From: Schmidtea nova
Lineage: Eukaryota
NCBI GenBank assembly: GCA_044892505.1
Contig: CM097882.1
Location: 465,310,001-465,374,000, forward strand
Direction: 5' to 3'
Length of the DNA: 64,000 bases
Position 1 is the stretch's first letter; the number at the start of each line of letters is the position of its first letter. Both the position numbers and the translations under genes were made by a program. Below the pieces are notes generated by a model. It searched no databases and was not told where the DNA came from. It saw only the letters and a program-made list of their open reading frames with translations. Of the stretch, positions 45,904-57,790 are shown piece after piece.

Positions 45904-46461
45904 ATGAGTGCGAATAAAGTCCACGATTATAAAAAGGAGGCCAAAGAATCGAAGTTGCGGGTCAAAGTACTCGAAAGTAGATTGCGACAGTTGGGCGAGG
46001 AATATCAAGTTATAAGAACTACGTGGTTCCACCCGAAACGCGTGAAAACGATACAACAGGCCAGGTACCGGGCCGAGCGAATGGCTGAAGAGCAAACACG
46101 GGAAACGGCAGCCGTGAAGCTAGAATTAAATAACTACATGAGAGCGTCAACGAAAGACTTCATAGAACAACAGTTACGACCTCTCATTCGGGCCAGCACC
46201 TTCGACCGCTGGATAGAGTCCACAAGTGTCTCTACAAGCGTACAGACTGAGATAGATGTGAGTTCGGCCGTAGATACCCCGAAAACCACACCGAAAGTCG
46301 AGGGATCCAAACGAACAAAACGGCGAAATCGATTGGGAGCCAAGAGACGGCGGGAACGAAGAGAGTATGCCGAGCAAATCGGAATTGAGGTGGACCTTCT
46401 GAGTGGTCTCACCGAGAAACAGTTACTCGCAGTGATAAATCCGTCGGTGTTGTTGAACTAA
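45904..46461 (+). CDS. Coiled-coil protein with Arg-rich C-terminus (family member 3)
   Basis: Intact 185-aa ORF; aligns without gaps to ORF 4683-5120 (WFHP/YFSP..RA..E..KLELNN/KIEMRN..T..F..LR..IR..T..W). Confidence 0.7.
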   Translation: MSANKVHDYKKEAKESKLRVKVLESRLRQLGEEYQVIRTTWFHPKRVKTIQQARYRAERMAEEQTRETAAVKLELNNYMRASTKDFIEQQLRPLIRASTFDRWIESTSVSTSVQTEIDVSSAVDTPKTTPKVEGSKRTKRRNRLGAKRRRERREYAEQIGIEVDLLSGLTEKQLLAVINPSVLLN

Positions 46462-47010
46462 ATAAATGTACTCTAGTTGAATTGTCTGACTTGAATGTTT
46501 GAGGTACGTATGTGTAGTTTAACCCATGAAATGATTGAACAAAACCAATTCATTATATACCATAGGACATCCTGATATCGAATATACCCTAGATGAGATA
46601 AAAGAGATTAAGTAAGAAGGGACCGGAACAAAACCACACAGCCCTTCTAACGGTAGTGTTGGACCCGTGAATAAACAATGGAATAGTAACCGCAAGGTTG
46701 CTCACCTGCCTTGTCATTTAACAACGTTGACACAGTACCAACATGATGAGTAGTTAGGTATACATCATGGGTGTCAGCGGGGATGTGTGTTTATGTTGGC
46801 AAGGTTACCCTAACGTATAACATCAACAACGACCTCAGTTGAAAAACCTAACCAACACACCAGCACTATTATTCATTTTAGTTTCACCGATGACTACTCC
46901 GCCCACTGGTTTGGAACTTACAATTCGAGCCACCCAAGCCAGCGACTTATTAGGACGTGATGGCCTTACATGTAGTCAATCAAAATTTACGCATACTCAA
47001 AAAATTTGCA

Positions 47011-47626
47011 TGAGGGTTTTACAACAACATAACAAAACAAAATGAAAATAACAAACAATAGAATTACTTGTAGAAAGTTATATTTAATAACAGGTATATG
47101 AATATTCCAATACAATGTCTTATTGAATCACGAAAATCAAAGTTTACAACTTGAATATGCTAAGCTCAGTTGAAATAATTAAAAATAACGTTCAGTTGAA
47201 GTAAACAGGTAAGTAAAATATAATGTTGTACTGAAGTCGGCTGCTCCTTAAATTCTGATTTTGAGGTCTGGTCAGCTAATCAGATTCTAGGTTCCCTATA
47301 ATTGGTTAAATTAATTCTAAAAATTTTGTCCACTTGCATTTTGGTTTCAAACCAATTATTTCGCATTAATCTCCATTTTTCCAATATATTTTTGGATTAT
47401 TTTAAATTTACTCTCTTTTCATTTACTTTTTAATTTTTGAGGTTTTTTTTCGGCATTGCTTTCTAAATTATGATTACTTGTTCTTTTAATTTTTTCATAC
47501 TTTCACTTTTAATTTAATTTCCTTTTTTATTTTCCTTTAATTATTTTAAATTCTGCTTTTATTTTCAGCTTACTCTAGCTTTTTAAATTATTTTCACCTA
47601 ATTTTATTGGTTGTACTAACCCAACA
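47011..47626 (-). repeat. LTR-like repeat of the same family
   Basis: Minus strand TGTTGGGTTAGTA...CTGATTAGCTGACCAG...AAAACCCTCA; downstream CACGTCCTAAT is shared with the 3475 copy. Confidence 0.55.
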
Positions 47627-48001
47627 CTCTGTTTCCACTCTAGCATTGAGTAAAATGCGACAATCACAAAATCAACGTAGCAACTTGTTAAAAACAATAA
47701 ATGTCACGCAATCAGACAAAGATAGTAGGACCCCGCGATGATGAACAAAACCAATAGTAGTTGGTCCTGAGGTCTTATTTCCCGCTATAAATTGGCATGA
47801 CAATGAACCGTAAAGCATAATTTTACTTGTACCGAAATCAGTATTACAAAAATTTCTACAGGTAAATTTTTTCTACTTTTTTAATATGATGCGAAGAATG
47901 ATGAATTAGATGATGACTGAGATGTTGCGGAATGATTGAGATGCGTGAATATTTTAGCACCAATTTTTGCTATATTTGAAGTTAGTTTTTTCCTTTTAGT
48001 A

Positions 48002-48424
48002 ATGGAAAAGGTGTTTGAAAAATTAAGAAGTAGAATGGGCTGTTAGGAAGCCAAGAATGAAGAATTAGTAAAGGCAAACCAGGAATTGTCGCTCCTCCTA
48101 AAGAGATTTGTTCAACAGTCTTGTAAATATGAATCTACATGGTTCACACGCAAAAAATGAATATGGCTCAGGACAAGATCAATCACTACAAGAAGCTCTT
48201 TGAAGAGGAATAAGTCCAGAAATAAAGCAGCCCAGGTGGCTCTGAAAGCAAAGGAAACGGAACTGTGTTTATATCGCATTGGAAACGGTCTTATTGCAGT
48301 CATCCAGGCCTCAGTCTATCTCAAGCTGGCCGAACTGTTTCCAACAGCCGAAAGTTCGAGACCTAGCATTACAAGCCAAGCAAGACGGAGAAGGCGAGGA
48401 GCAAGAAAAGGAATGCCCAATTAA
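48002..48424 (+). pseudogene. Degraded family member 4
   Basis: YESTWFTRKK(fs)MNMAQDKINHYKKLFEEE and terminal ARRRRRGARK match the family pattern. Confidence 0.5.
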
Positions 48425-49932
48425 TGGGTCAAGTGAGAAAAATGGCTTTTACTTCGCAAGTCAATTTGGACGCAGAATGAGCTCACGCAACAAAATCATT
48501 AGTTTTGTCATTTTGTTCGCAATAAACATAAAATTTCTTTGTGTATCCTTTACTTGATTTTTAAATTTTATTTATTTATGTTTTTGTTGGCTGCTGAAAT
48601 CTTGTGCTTTATTTTTGTATATTATTAAAAATTTCGTTGAATTTTGTTAAAATTATTTTTATCTTTTTTTATATTACTTGAATTATGAATCTCACTTTAT
48701 TTATATGCTATTTTAGTAGTATTTTAATGAGTAAGAAAAATGATTTCGAAATTCTCTTAAATAATTGCACGAATATCAGATTAAGTTGATTTATGAAGGT
48801 TCAATAAAAAAGTAAAATAAAGGAAATGATCTATACACGAATCGCGAAGGTTAAAATGTAAAAAGAGACCGAATACTGAATAGAGTGCACATCTTCTATT
48901 GATAACTCGTGAACCCAGAGAGTATTCAAATAATGATACTTTTGGAAACAACGCTCACTTTTTGCGAGTATTTTCACCCATTAGTTGTTGGCAACGGGTA
49001 ACTATTTGGAAATTCAGCCATTATATGTTCACCAAAAATTATCATCCTACTATCGTACCAACACAGCAATCAATACTTCTGAACAAGTGAAAGAATCAAT
49101 AGTAAAAGCATATATAATAAATTTCTGCCATAACCCTCGTTTACTTCTTAGCATCATGATTCTACTAATACATTTGTGAGGTGTTTTTGTAATTTATTTT
49201 AAAGTATAATGGTATGATGCTGTGTATGTTTAATAGTATGTTGAAATCATTACTTTACTTACATTAATTATTATTTTTAGAAATTTCTCAAACAAATTAA
49301 CGATATAATTTGTTTAAATATTATTTTCATTAAATAAACATGCTAATTACAAATTTTATGGATTCAATAAATACCCGAAGCTCTATGGCTTATGTGGCGA
49401 CCATGATTACAAATCTTATCAAGTCACCGGAAACATGTGACATTGATTAGGACGTGGAAGATTTAATCTTAGACACGAAACGATTCTTTGAAATGGCAAA
49501 TATTGTCGATGAATACCGACGAAAATTGGACAAAGCTTTTCTCTCAATCAATGCAACGAAGAAATATGACTTGGAAAATGGAACTCTGCATTATACAGAA
49601 AGGTTAAGGAATGATTTTGCTAAGAACAGAAGTCTCATAGACGATCTCAACAAAGCTCTAAATCATGGGTTCTCATAGTGTGTCGCGGAAATTGTTTGGT
49701 GTCGCTAAATTTTTTAAAAATTTTATTGATATTTGATGTTGGATGTAAAGTTATTAGTTGATAAACAATAAATAGATAAATACAATGAATAGATAAAAAC
49801 TTTAAGATCTAGATGCAGAAATACGTGTTAGTCTTCCTAAAATAAGACCATGTTTCGAAAGCTTGTACTCAAAATATATCAACAATAAATCTCTTTGATT
49901 TAAAATTTTATTAATTGTTAGAATATAATTAA

Positions 49933-50153
49933 CCTGTTAACCGGGCAGGACGTATATACAAGTCCTACGAAAATTACTATCAAACGGGCGAGACGTATAA
50001 ATGCGTCCTCAAAACATATGTAAAACTTGTAAAAATGAGTCATACAACAGGCTAACAAAGTTCCGCCAGTTTTTGCGCACTACATTTATACGTCTCGCCC
50101 GTTTGATAGTAATTTTCGTAGGACTTGTATATACGTCCTGCCCGGTTAACAGG
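49933..50153. mobile_element. piggyBac-type MITE (221 bp)
   Basis: Perfect 71-bp TIRs (49933-50003, 50083-50153), CC...GG termini, TTAA on both sides. Confidence 0.9.
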
Positions 50154-50407
50154 TTAATTAAATTTTACATCTATCTTTTTAATGTCGAAGATGTTAAAAA
50201 AGAATTTTTAAGTGTCTTGCAAGAAATGAAGTCTTAAGAACTCCTGCTCTAAATTATCTTCAAGGAAATGGTGTGGCCGAAGAATTCTGTTCAAAAATTG
50301 AGAAATTAGCAAAATATATTTTGAAGCATAAACTTTATGAAGAAGAAATAAAGAAATTTTTACAATTTATTTAGCTTTAAGATAAAGAAGTTAAAGACTA
50401 TCTCAAA

Positions 50408-52382
50408 ATGCAAGATTTAAAACCATTTGACAAACTAAAAGAAAGATTAAAAAGACACGATCAAGTTTCAATAGAAATTAATGCAGTGTTGTCCAAACTG
50501 TGTGCCGTAGTATGCATAGTATGTTTTAGTACTCTTGCAAATGAGTCCATGGTCCCAAGCAAACTTGAAAGACATCTCCAACAAAAACATCCAGAATTAA
50601 AAGACAAATCAAAAGATTACTTCGAAGGACTGAAAGAAAGTATGGTAAATCAAGCTAAGAAATTTAAAGCATTTACAACTTTATCTGGCCAGTTAAAAAA
50701 AATCGCACAAATGCTTGCTAAAAATAAGAAATCACATCTCGTGCCGAGTCAATTATACATCCTGCACTAACAGTAGCAGCTGGTATCATGATCGGACCTG
50801 AAGCAGCAGAAAAGTTTAAAACAATTCCGCTCTCACATCAAACAATATCACGTAGGATTGGCGATATGTCAGAAGACATTCATGAGCAGATAAAAAATCA
50901 TTTTTCGGAAGCGCAGAAAATTTTGAGAAATTGTGGGCTCTTCAAATTGATGAAAGCACAGATATTAGCAACAAAGCACAACTGTTGGCATTTTTTCGCA
51001 TCGTAAAGGATGGCAAGATTGTCGAAGAATATTTTTGTGTGATGATTTGAAGCAAACTACAACTGGTAAGGATATATTTGAATTGGTGAATAGCAAAGTT
51101 GCAATCAATGGCATGTCATGGAGTTTTTGTGTAGGTATTTTTATGGATGGTGCCCCCTCAATGCAAAGTCATAAAAAAGGATTCGCAGCATATGTCCTCG
51201 AACAAAATTCTGGTATCAAAGTAAATCACTGTATGATTCACAGAGAAATGCTTATGTCGAAAAATTTGCCAGAAAATCTTAAAACAACGTTGAACGATGT
51301 TGTTAAGATCGTAAATTACAATTTTGAATCACTTTTTTGAATCACTTTGTGAATCGATGGACTCTGACTATAAATGTCTCCTTTACCATACTGAGGTGCG
51401 CTGGCTATCCAAGGGAAAAGTTCTCGCGAGATTTATAACACTGAAAAAATTAAATAACAACTTTCTTTAGCTCACAACCTGGCACATTTAAAGTTCTCGA
51501 GCGTGATGATTGGTGGTTGAAAGTAGTATTCTTAAATGATGTTTTCGAAAAGTTGAATGCACTTAATACTAGTATTCAAGGATCATGTGAAAATGTATTA
51601 ACTATTTCTGGCAAACTAAGATAATTTCAACAAAAGCTTCAAATTTGGACTGCAAAATCCATGAACAAAGAACTTGATTGCTTTCCTGGTCTTGATTCGT
51701 CAAAAGACAAATATAATTTTTTGATTGATGTCATTGCTACACTGCAAAATCTTTCAAAAACATTCAAACAATATTTTCCAGACGTCGATACAAGTAAAGT
51801 TTCTTGGGTAATCAATCCATTTGTTGAAATATCTGAGACAAATTTGTAAGGAATTGAGCTGGAAAACCTCATTGATTTGAGAAACGATATAACTTTGAAG
51901 ATATTATTTTCTCAGAAAGAATTGTCTGAATTTTGGGTTTTTGTTAAAGACGAATATCCAAATTTGAGTAAGAAGGCAATTGAAATATTATTACAATTTG
52001 GTTCTTCTTATCTGTGTGAACTGGGATTTTCAACTCTTACCAAAATTAAATCAAAGAAGCGGGAACGTATGGTTAACATTGATCAAGAATTAAGAGTTTG
52101 TTTGTCAAAAATTCCACCACGATTGGAACTTATTTGTTCGGAACATCAAGCACATAAATCTCATTAACTATATTTTATGAATTTTTCATTCACTAATTTT
52201 TCTAAATTTAAAATTTTTTACATTAAATTTATTTCAAGTAAATAAGTTTTTCATTTCTTATTAAAAGATTAGTAAAAGTGCAATAAAAAATTGCAAATAA
52301 AGCAAAAAAAAATTTAGGTGTGCCACGAAAACTTTTAATTCAGCCAAGTGTGCCGTGGCTCAAAAAAGTTTGGACAACACTG
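50408..52382 (+). mobile_element. Degenerate hAT Buster/Charlie-type transposon, 5' end not seen
   Basis: MVPSKLERHLQQKH, IPLSHQTISRRI, IFMDGAPSM, HCMIHRE, EVRWLSKG, FGSSYLCELGFS; 3' TIR TTTGGACAACACTG ends at 52382. Confidence 0.9.
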
Positions 52383-52786
52383 AATTAATGTATATAATAC
52401 TAATGTAACTGTAATGAAGAAAACCCAAAATTATGCTTGTAAAGAATAAGAATGACTTTTGAAGTCTAAAACTTTATTTAAGAAATCTTGGTACAATTTA
52501 TAGTACCCGGTGTGCCGACACCAGCACAATCAGCAAAGCTTCTTGGTAAAATAATAAACAATGATGTCATCTGAGGACCCAGACAATCAAGCATAATCAA
52601 TCACACATGCAGGCATGACACAATATATATAATAAGGGTTAGGAAATCAAATATCCCATTATAATTATCACCAGTTTACCAAGAGATTGTTATGATAACA
52701 GATCAAATAGAGAACGGGGAGCTAATCCAAGATTCAAAAATGAATTTATAAAAGAACATCAGCCTATTTGAAACGGATGGAAATCT

Positions 52787-52980
52787 ATGAATAGCAGTAA
52801 CCTTTATAATTCCAGAAAATTTCATTCACGAGATCATACTCGAACAAGTAAAATTTTGCTATGTTGGGCGTGCCACGAAGAAGGCCATAGAAGATCTGAA
52901 TGCCACGATATACGATGTGTTCGTTGTAAAAGATCAGGACATTTCAAACGTCACTGCGATGATTTATTTCCAGAAATTCG
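52787..52980 (+). pseudogene. Gag-like fragment with two CCHC zinc knuckles (cut by a gap)
   Basis: CWACHEEGHRRSEC and CVRCKRSGHFKRHC. Confidence 0.7.
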
Positions 52981-53303
52981 NNNNNNNNNNNNNNNNNNNN
53001 NNNNNNNNNNNNNNNNNNNNNNNNNNNNNNNNNNNNNNNNNNNNNNNNNNNNNNNNNNNNNNNNNNNNNNNNNNNNNNNNNNNNNNNNNNNNNNNNNNNN
53101 NNNNNNNNNNNNNNNNNNNNNNNNNNNNNNNNNNNNNNNNNNNNNNNNNNNNNNNNNNNNNNNNNNNNNNNNNNNNNNNNNNNNNNNNNNNNNNNNNNNN
53201 NNNNNNNNNNNNNNNNNNNNNNNNNNNNNNNNNNNNNNNNNNNNNNNNNNNNNNNNNNNNNNNNNNNNNNNNNNNNNNNNNNNNNNNNNNNNNNNNNNNN
53301 NNN
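52981..53303. other. Assembly gap (N run)
   Basis: 323 N bases. Confidence 1.
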
Positions 53304-53596
53304 TTTAAAGACTCACCTCTAACTTCTATTGAAATAATTGTTATAATTGAAATAATTGGGTATCACAAAGAAAATCACAAGCTTTTTTTTGTTTAAAACA
53401 AATTTTTTTAACACAAATTTTTTTAACACAAATTTTTTTAACACAAATATGAGTCATCAAAAACATTGCAATACATGTGCAACGTAAACAAAGACATTGC
53501 AATACATGTGCAATATGAACAAAGACATTGCAATACATGTGCAATATGAACAAAGACATTGAAAATACAAATACAAAGAACAAGATAAAATAAAAT

Positions 53597-54185
53597 TTAT
53601 TTATAAATATATTGTTGTGTGCGTGTACAAAATTTCATTTCAAAATTATTTACATCTAAATTATTACTCGGAATATTATTCATAGGAATATTATTCATTG
53701 TAATATTATTCGTCGGAATATTATTATTAATTTTTGGAATATTATTCTTTAGAATATTAGATATTTTTTCTAATCGTATGGATGCGGATAATATCAGTAT
53801 AATTATTAATATAAATAAACTTATATAATGTAATACAATGGCTGTTTTTTTCGTTTTCAACTGTTTGATTTTGGTATCTGACTTCATATTGTTTTTTAAC
53901 AAAAGTTTGATTTGTACTTTTTAATCTTTCAACTATTTTCATCATTATTTTGGTAATTATCTTTTCAAAGTCATTATTAATCAAATTATTTTTCGAAGGA
54001 CATTGATCACATTGTAATTTTATTTGACTGCATTCAATGTTTGAGTAAACACATATTTCATTATAACTCGCGCAAGTACTATCTTGTCTTCTAAAAGGAT
54101 GGGATGATTGACAATCTTCCAAAGCTTGTTCTCCTTCAGTATTGTGAACACATAATAATAATAAAATAACTATATTTAATTTCAT
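53597..54185 (-). pseudogene. Signal peptide, Cys-rich domain, helical region, TM and Asn-rich tail (frameshifted)
   Basis: MKLNIVILLLLCVHNTEG, six Cys in 38 residues; ORF 53597-53902 supplies TM IVLHYISLFILIIILILSASI and NNIP repeats. Confidence 0.5.
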
Positions 54186-54327
54186 TTTAAAAACAAAAAA
54201 CTAATATAAAAACTAAAATTGTTCATACTAAAATATTTATTAAATAACAATTAAGCGTATCTTGCATTGTCAACTCTCCAAATTGGAGTAACAACATCTT
54301 TTTTATCAATCTTGTACCCTTGAATAA

Positions 54328-54594
54328 TTATTGTAACGAACCAGTGTTCTTGATCCACGAATTCGATAGTTTGAAAAGCATCATGGAACCGAGTTTTCTG
54401 TTATTGATGTACATGGTTTCTTTACAAGTTAAATTAACATTGATCTTTGAAAACAATCGATTTAGTGCTATAATATCTTCTTTATCAATAATTACAGCAA
54501 GACTATCATACAAAGACTTTGTTAACTTTACCGGATAAGATAATCGAAACGGTATTTCATTAACCAAAAAATAAATTCGGCTGTCATAGTACAT
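54328..54594 (-). CDS. Hypothetical 88-aa Polinton accessory protein
   Basis: ATG ORF co-oriented with its neighbours; no motif recognised. Confidence 0.35.
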   Translation of the reverse strand: MYYDSRIYFLVNEIPFRLSYPVKLTKSLYDSLAVIIDKEDIIALNRLFSKINVNLTCKETMYINNRKLGSMMLFKLSNSWIKNTGSLQ

Positions 54595-55335
54595 CTATAC
54601 TGGTTTTACCTCAGTCTAAATTATTTTTTCTTCTCTGATATCTAAATTTTGTTTTCTTGAATGCATTTTATAAATTGTGACAATATTTGAAAAAATGACT
54701 TTGTATTTATACTGATGACTGGATAACTTTGTCCAATCATAATCATGCATTTATGTTGCACACACTATGCATCTGTATTGTAATGTCTTTGTTGTATGCA
54801 TGTTTAATAATTTTGTATATGTTCAAGTATGAAGCTTTTGCACATAAAAACCATCACAGAATAGGTTCTGCTTCCAGGCTTCTGATCGCAATGTTCTGAT
54901 ACTAATGTTGTTATGTATTTATTTATTTATTTCACAATTATTATCTTTCATAAAATACACTTTCTTACTAATTAGTATTTAATAAAAACTATTTACTTTT
55001 TATATATATATAGTTAATAAAAACTACTACAACTACTACTACTACTAAAAATTTTTAAATGTTTAATAAAAACCTATTACTATTATTATTTAAATAACTG
55101 AAAACAAAAACTAAAACTAAAATGAAAAAATTTTAATTCAACTAAACTAAAATGACAAAACCTTTTATTAAACTAAAATAACTAAACTAAAATGACATTA
55201 ACTAAAAAACATTTCCTAAAAAGAAACTGATTACAATGAACACACAATTGATCATTGTTCTTCATTGTTTTCTTTTTCTTCTTCTTCTTCTTCTTCTTCT
55301 TCTTGATTATCATCACAATCATCAGCCTTTCGGTG

Positions 55336-55861
55336 TCATTCCGCACAATCAGGTGATTGTGGTGATTCTAATGGAAACGGACCATCTATTGTTGGTGCTT
55401 CCATATTGATTGAATTATCAATCGGTTCTGGAGTAGAGTTGGGCCATGTTTCTTTTATTTGCTCTTCGTCCTCCTCCTCAACCTTTTCCATTTGTTGAAC
55501 ATCGAATAATTTGAGGGAGTTCCTCAAAACCCAGATGTTGAACTGGCAGATTCGTTCAACACAGCTACCACATTGATAAGCACAGAGAATGTGCTCTGCC
55601 ACAACGGGTAGATCGGTATTCTGATCCGTCATGTGGTCCAGCACGATCTGGTTGATGTCGATACCAGTGAGGATCATTATCTTGTACGGGAACATTTCTG
55701 GAGCGGTGTAAACCAGAGCCGGCATCAGGTTCGGAAATAGCTCCTCCAACTTCCTGTATATCACATTCATTAATTTTTCTAAAAAAAGAAATAATATTAA
55801 ATATGAAAAATAAATAATTAAAATCCTTACGGCTTTTAATAAGAGTTTGAGTTAATGACAT
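55336..55861 (-). CDS. Two-exon gene: HxxCxxxCxxC motif and acidic/Pro-rich tail
   Basis: Exon 55861-55831, GTAAG..AG intron 55830-55779, exon 55778-55336; splicing gives in-frame MSLTQTLIKSQKLMNVIY. Confidence 0.6.
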
Positions 55862-56039
55862 AATTGTAGATATAAACTATGTCAGTTTGTTCATAGTATA
55901 TATATGAAAGAAACACACATGATTTGCAAAATGATACATACTGAACCAATCAGAATCAAGCATTCACAACATGTCTTTATTCTCGAAATACACACTCAAC
56001 CAATCAGAATCTTGCATTTCTACTGCATCGATATTGCAG

Positions 56040-56507
56040 TCATGAGTCACATGTTAGTATGAAATCAACAAAGGCTTTATCTTCGATAATTGATTTTATA
56101 TCGTTAATAATATCATCAACTATAGTTGAATAATCTTTGTTTTTTAATCCTAATATGACTAATTTCCCACTTGCAAATATATTTACACACATGGGATTAT
56201 ATTTGATATATCTCAAAGCTGGAAACAATTCTGGCTCGTAAACACACGGTATCAATTTAGATAATTCATTTAAATTACAAATAAATCCTAAATCCGCAGT
56301 TACAGTTATCGATTGAATTGATAAATCGTAAAACTTAACTTGTTCTTCACTAATAAATTCCCTGCATCCCATTATTCTATATCTTCCTGTTTTAAAGTAT
56401 ATTATTGGATATTTTCCACTTCTATCTACAATTTGCTGTGGTTTTCCATTTGGAAATTTCATGTGTGATACATCTGTCTTACCCTTGTAATTAATGTTTC
56501 TAATCAT
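56040..56507 (-). CDS. TATA-binding-protein-like protein
   Basis: Second repeat IQSITVTADLG..YEPELFPALRY..VNIFASGKLVILG and first repeat IYFKTGRYRIMG match the TBP fold; likely ATG at 56507. Confidence 0.85.
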   Translation of the reverse strand: MIRNINYKGKTDVSHMKFPNGKPQQIVDRSGKYPIIYFKTGRYRIMGCREFISEEQVKFYDLSIQSITVTADLGFICNLNELSKLIPCVYEPELFPALRYIKYNPMCVNIFASGKLVILGLKNKDYSTIVDDIINDIKSIIEDKAFVDFILTCDS

Positions 56508-56600
56508 TACTGAAAATATTTTTAAATGAAACAATTACTTTGAGAACGAGTATTTAAAACAAATATAAACAATAATATTAATTAAATATAATTTTTAAAT

Positions 56601-57224
56601 ATGGAATTAAGAAATGATGCAGTGTTTCAAATTGTTGGTCCGAGCGGGAGCGGAAAAACTTTATTTGTTTGTAAATTATTGCTATCGAAATTATTCAAAT
56701 CAAAATTCAATAAAATTTATTGGCATAGGGGTGCTGACGACGAAAGCGGAATGACTCAAGATCAATTTTGTAAAATAAAATTGACAATCATAAAAGGTTT
56801 CGATAAAAACTGGTCATCTAGATTGCGTCAAGGTGATGTTATTATCATTGATGATTTGTATCAAGAAGCAAATAAAGAAAAGGATTTCAATAATTTATTT
56901 ACGAAAATCAGTAGACATAAAGGTGTTACTGTTATTTTTATAACTCAGAATTTATTTCATCAGGGCGGCAGTCATCGAACCCGTAATTTAAATGTTCGAT
57001 ATCTTGTTGTGTTTAAAAATCCTAGAGATGCAACAGTTATTGATTTTCTGGCAAGACAAGCTTATCCTTCAAATCGTAACTTTTTGATGGAAGCCTTTCA
57101 AGATGCTACAAAATCTCCTCATGGATATATTTTCCTGGATTTTAATCAACAATGCAGTGATGATTTAAGAGTTAGAACTGATATTTTTAACAAGGAAGGA
57201 GCCATGGTTTATAAACAAAGTTAA
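56601..57224 (+). CDS. A32/FtsK-like DNA packaging ATPase
   Basis: Walker A GPSGSGKT, Walker B IIIDD, SRHKGVTVIFITQNLF, RTRNLNVRYLVVFKNPRD. Confidence 0.95.
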   Translation: MELRNDAVFQIVGPSGSGKTLFVCKLLLSKLFKSKFNKIYWHRGADDESGMTQDQFCKIKLTIIKGFDKNWSSRLRQGDVIIIDDLYQEANKEKDFNNLFTKISRHKGVTVIFITQNLFHQGGSHRTRNLNVRYLVVFKNPRDATVIDFLARQAYPSNRNFLMEAFQDATKSPHGYIFLDFNQQCSDDLRVRTDIFNKEGAMVYKQS

Positions 57225-57244
57225 ATTGATTTACAGTAATAATA

Positions 57245-57787
57245 ATGTTAATGAAATCTCGAGTAAAGTTTGAACGATTGATAAAAGCTCGAAAATCAAT
57301 GAAAATAGGTAAGAAAGCAGGTCGAAGAAAGAAATTATCAAAGAAATCCGTTACAAAATCAGTTTCAAAAACAAGTTATACGCCATCGAAAAAACTAATT
57401 ATGGATAATTTTCCCAAACAAAATCAAATTCCAATTAATTTGAAATCTAATGCTAAACAAATACATCATCGGAGTTTTTCGTTTTTAATGCATTGCTTAA
57501 AGCCCCCTGCTAGAAGAATGGGTATTCTTCAATCGTTTCCTAATTACGTTATCGATGATTTACTCGCTATTTTAATTAAAGTAGTGAGAGGTAAAATGCA
57601 TCTCAGTCCATCTAATCGACGTGTTTTGAACAAGCATAAGAAACCATTGTTGTCGCTTGTAAAAACAAAAAATCGAAAACTTATGCGTAAAATAATATAT
57701 AAACAACAAGGAGGATTTATTGCCGCATTGTTACCACTAGCTTTATCATTATTGGGAGGTGCTGGTTTATTGGGACAAAGGTCATAA
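57245..57787 (+). CDS. Basic Polinton core/virion protein precursor
   Basis: Lys/Arg-rich; C-terminal KQQGGFIAALLPLALSLLGGAG includes an adenain-type LxGG site. Confidence 0.65.
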   Translation: MLMKSRVKFERLIKARKSMKIGKKAGRRKKLSKKSVTKSVSKTSYTPSKKLIMDNFPKQNQIPINLKSNAKQIHHRSFSFLMHCLKPPARRMGILQSFPNYVIDDLLAILIKVVRGKMHLSPSNRRVLNKHKKPLLSLVKTKNRKLMRKIIYKQQGGFIAALLPLALSLLGGAGLLGQRS

Positions 57788-57790
57788 ACA

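Noticed and set aside
56040-56534. Host TBP gene
   Set aside because: First repeat strongly diverged, intronless and embedded in Polinton synteny; treated as element cargo.
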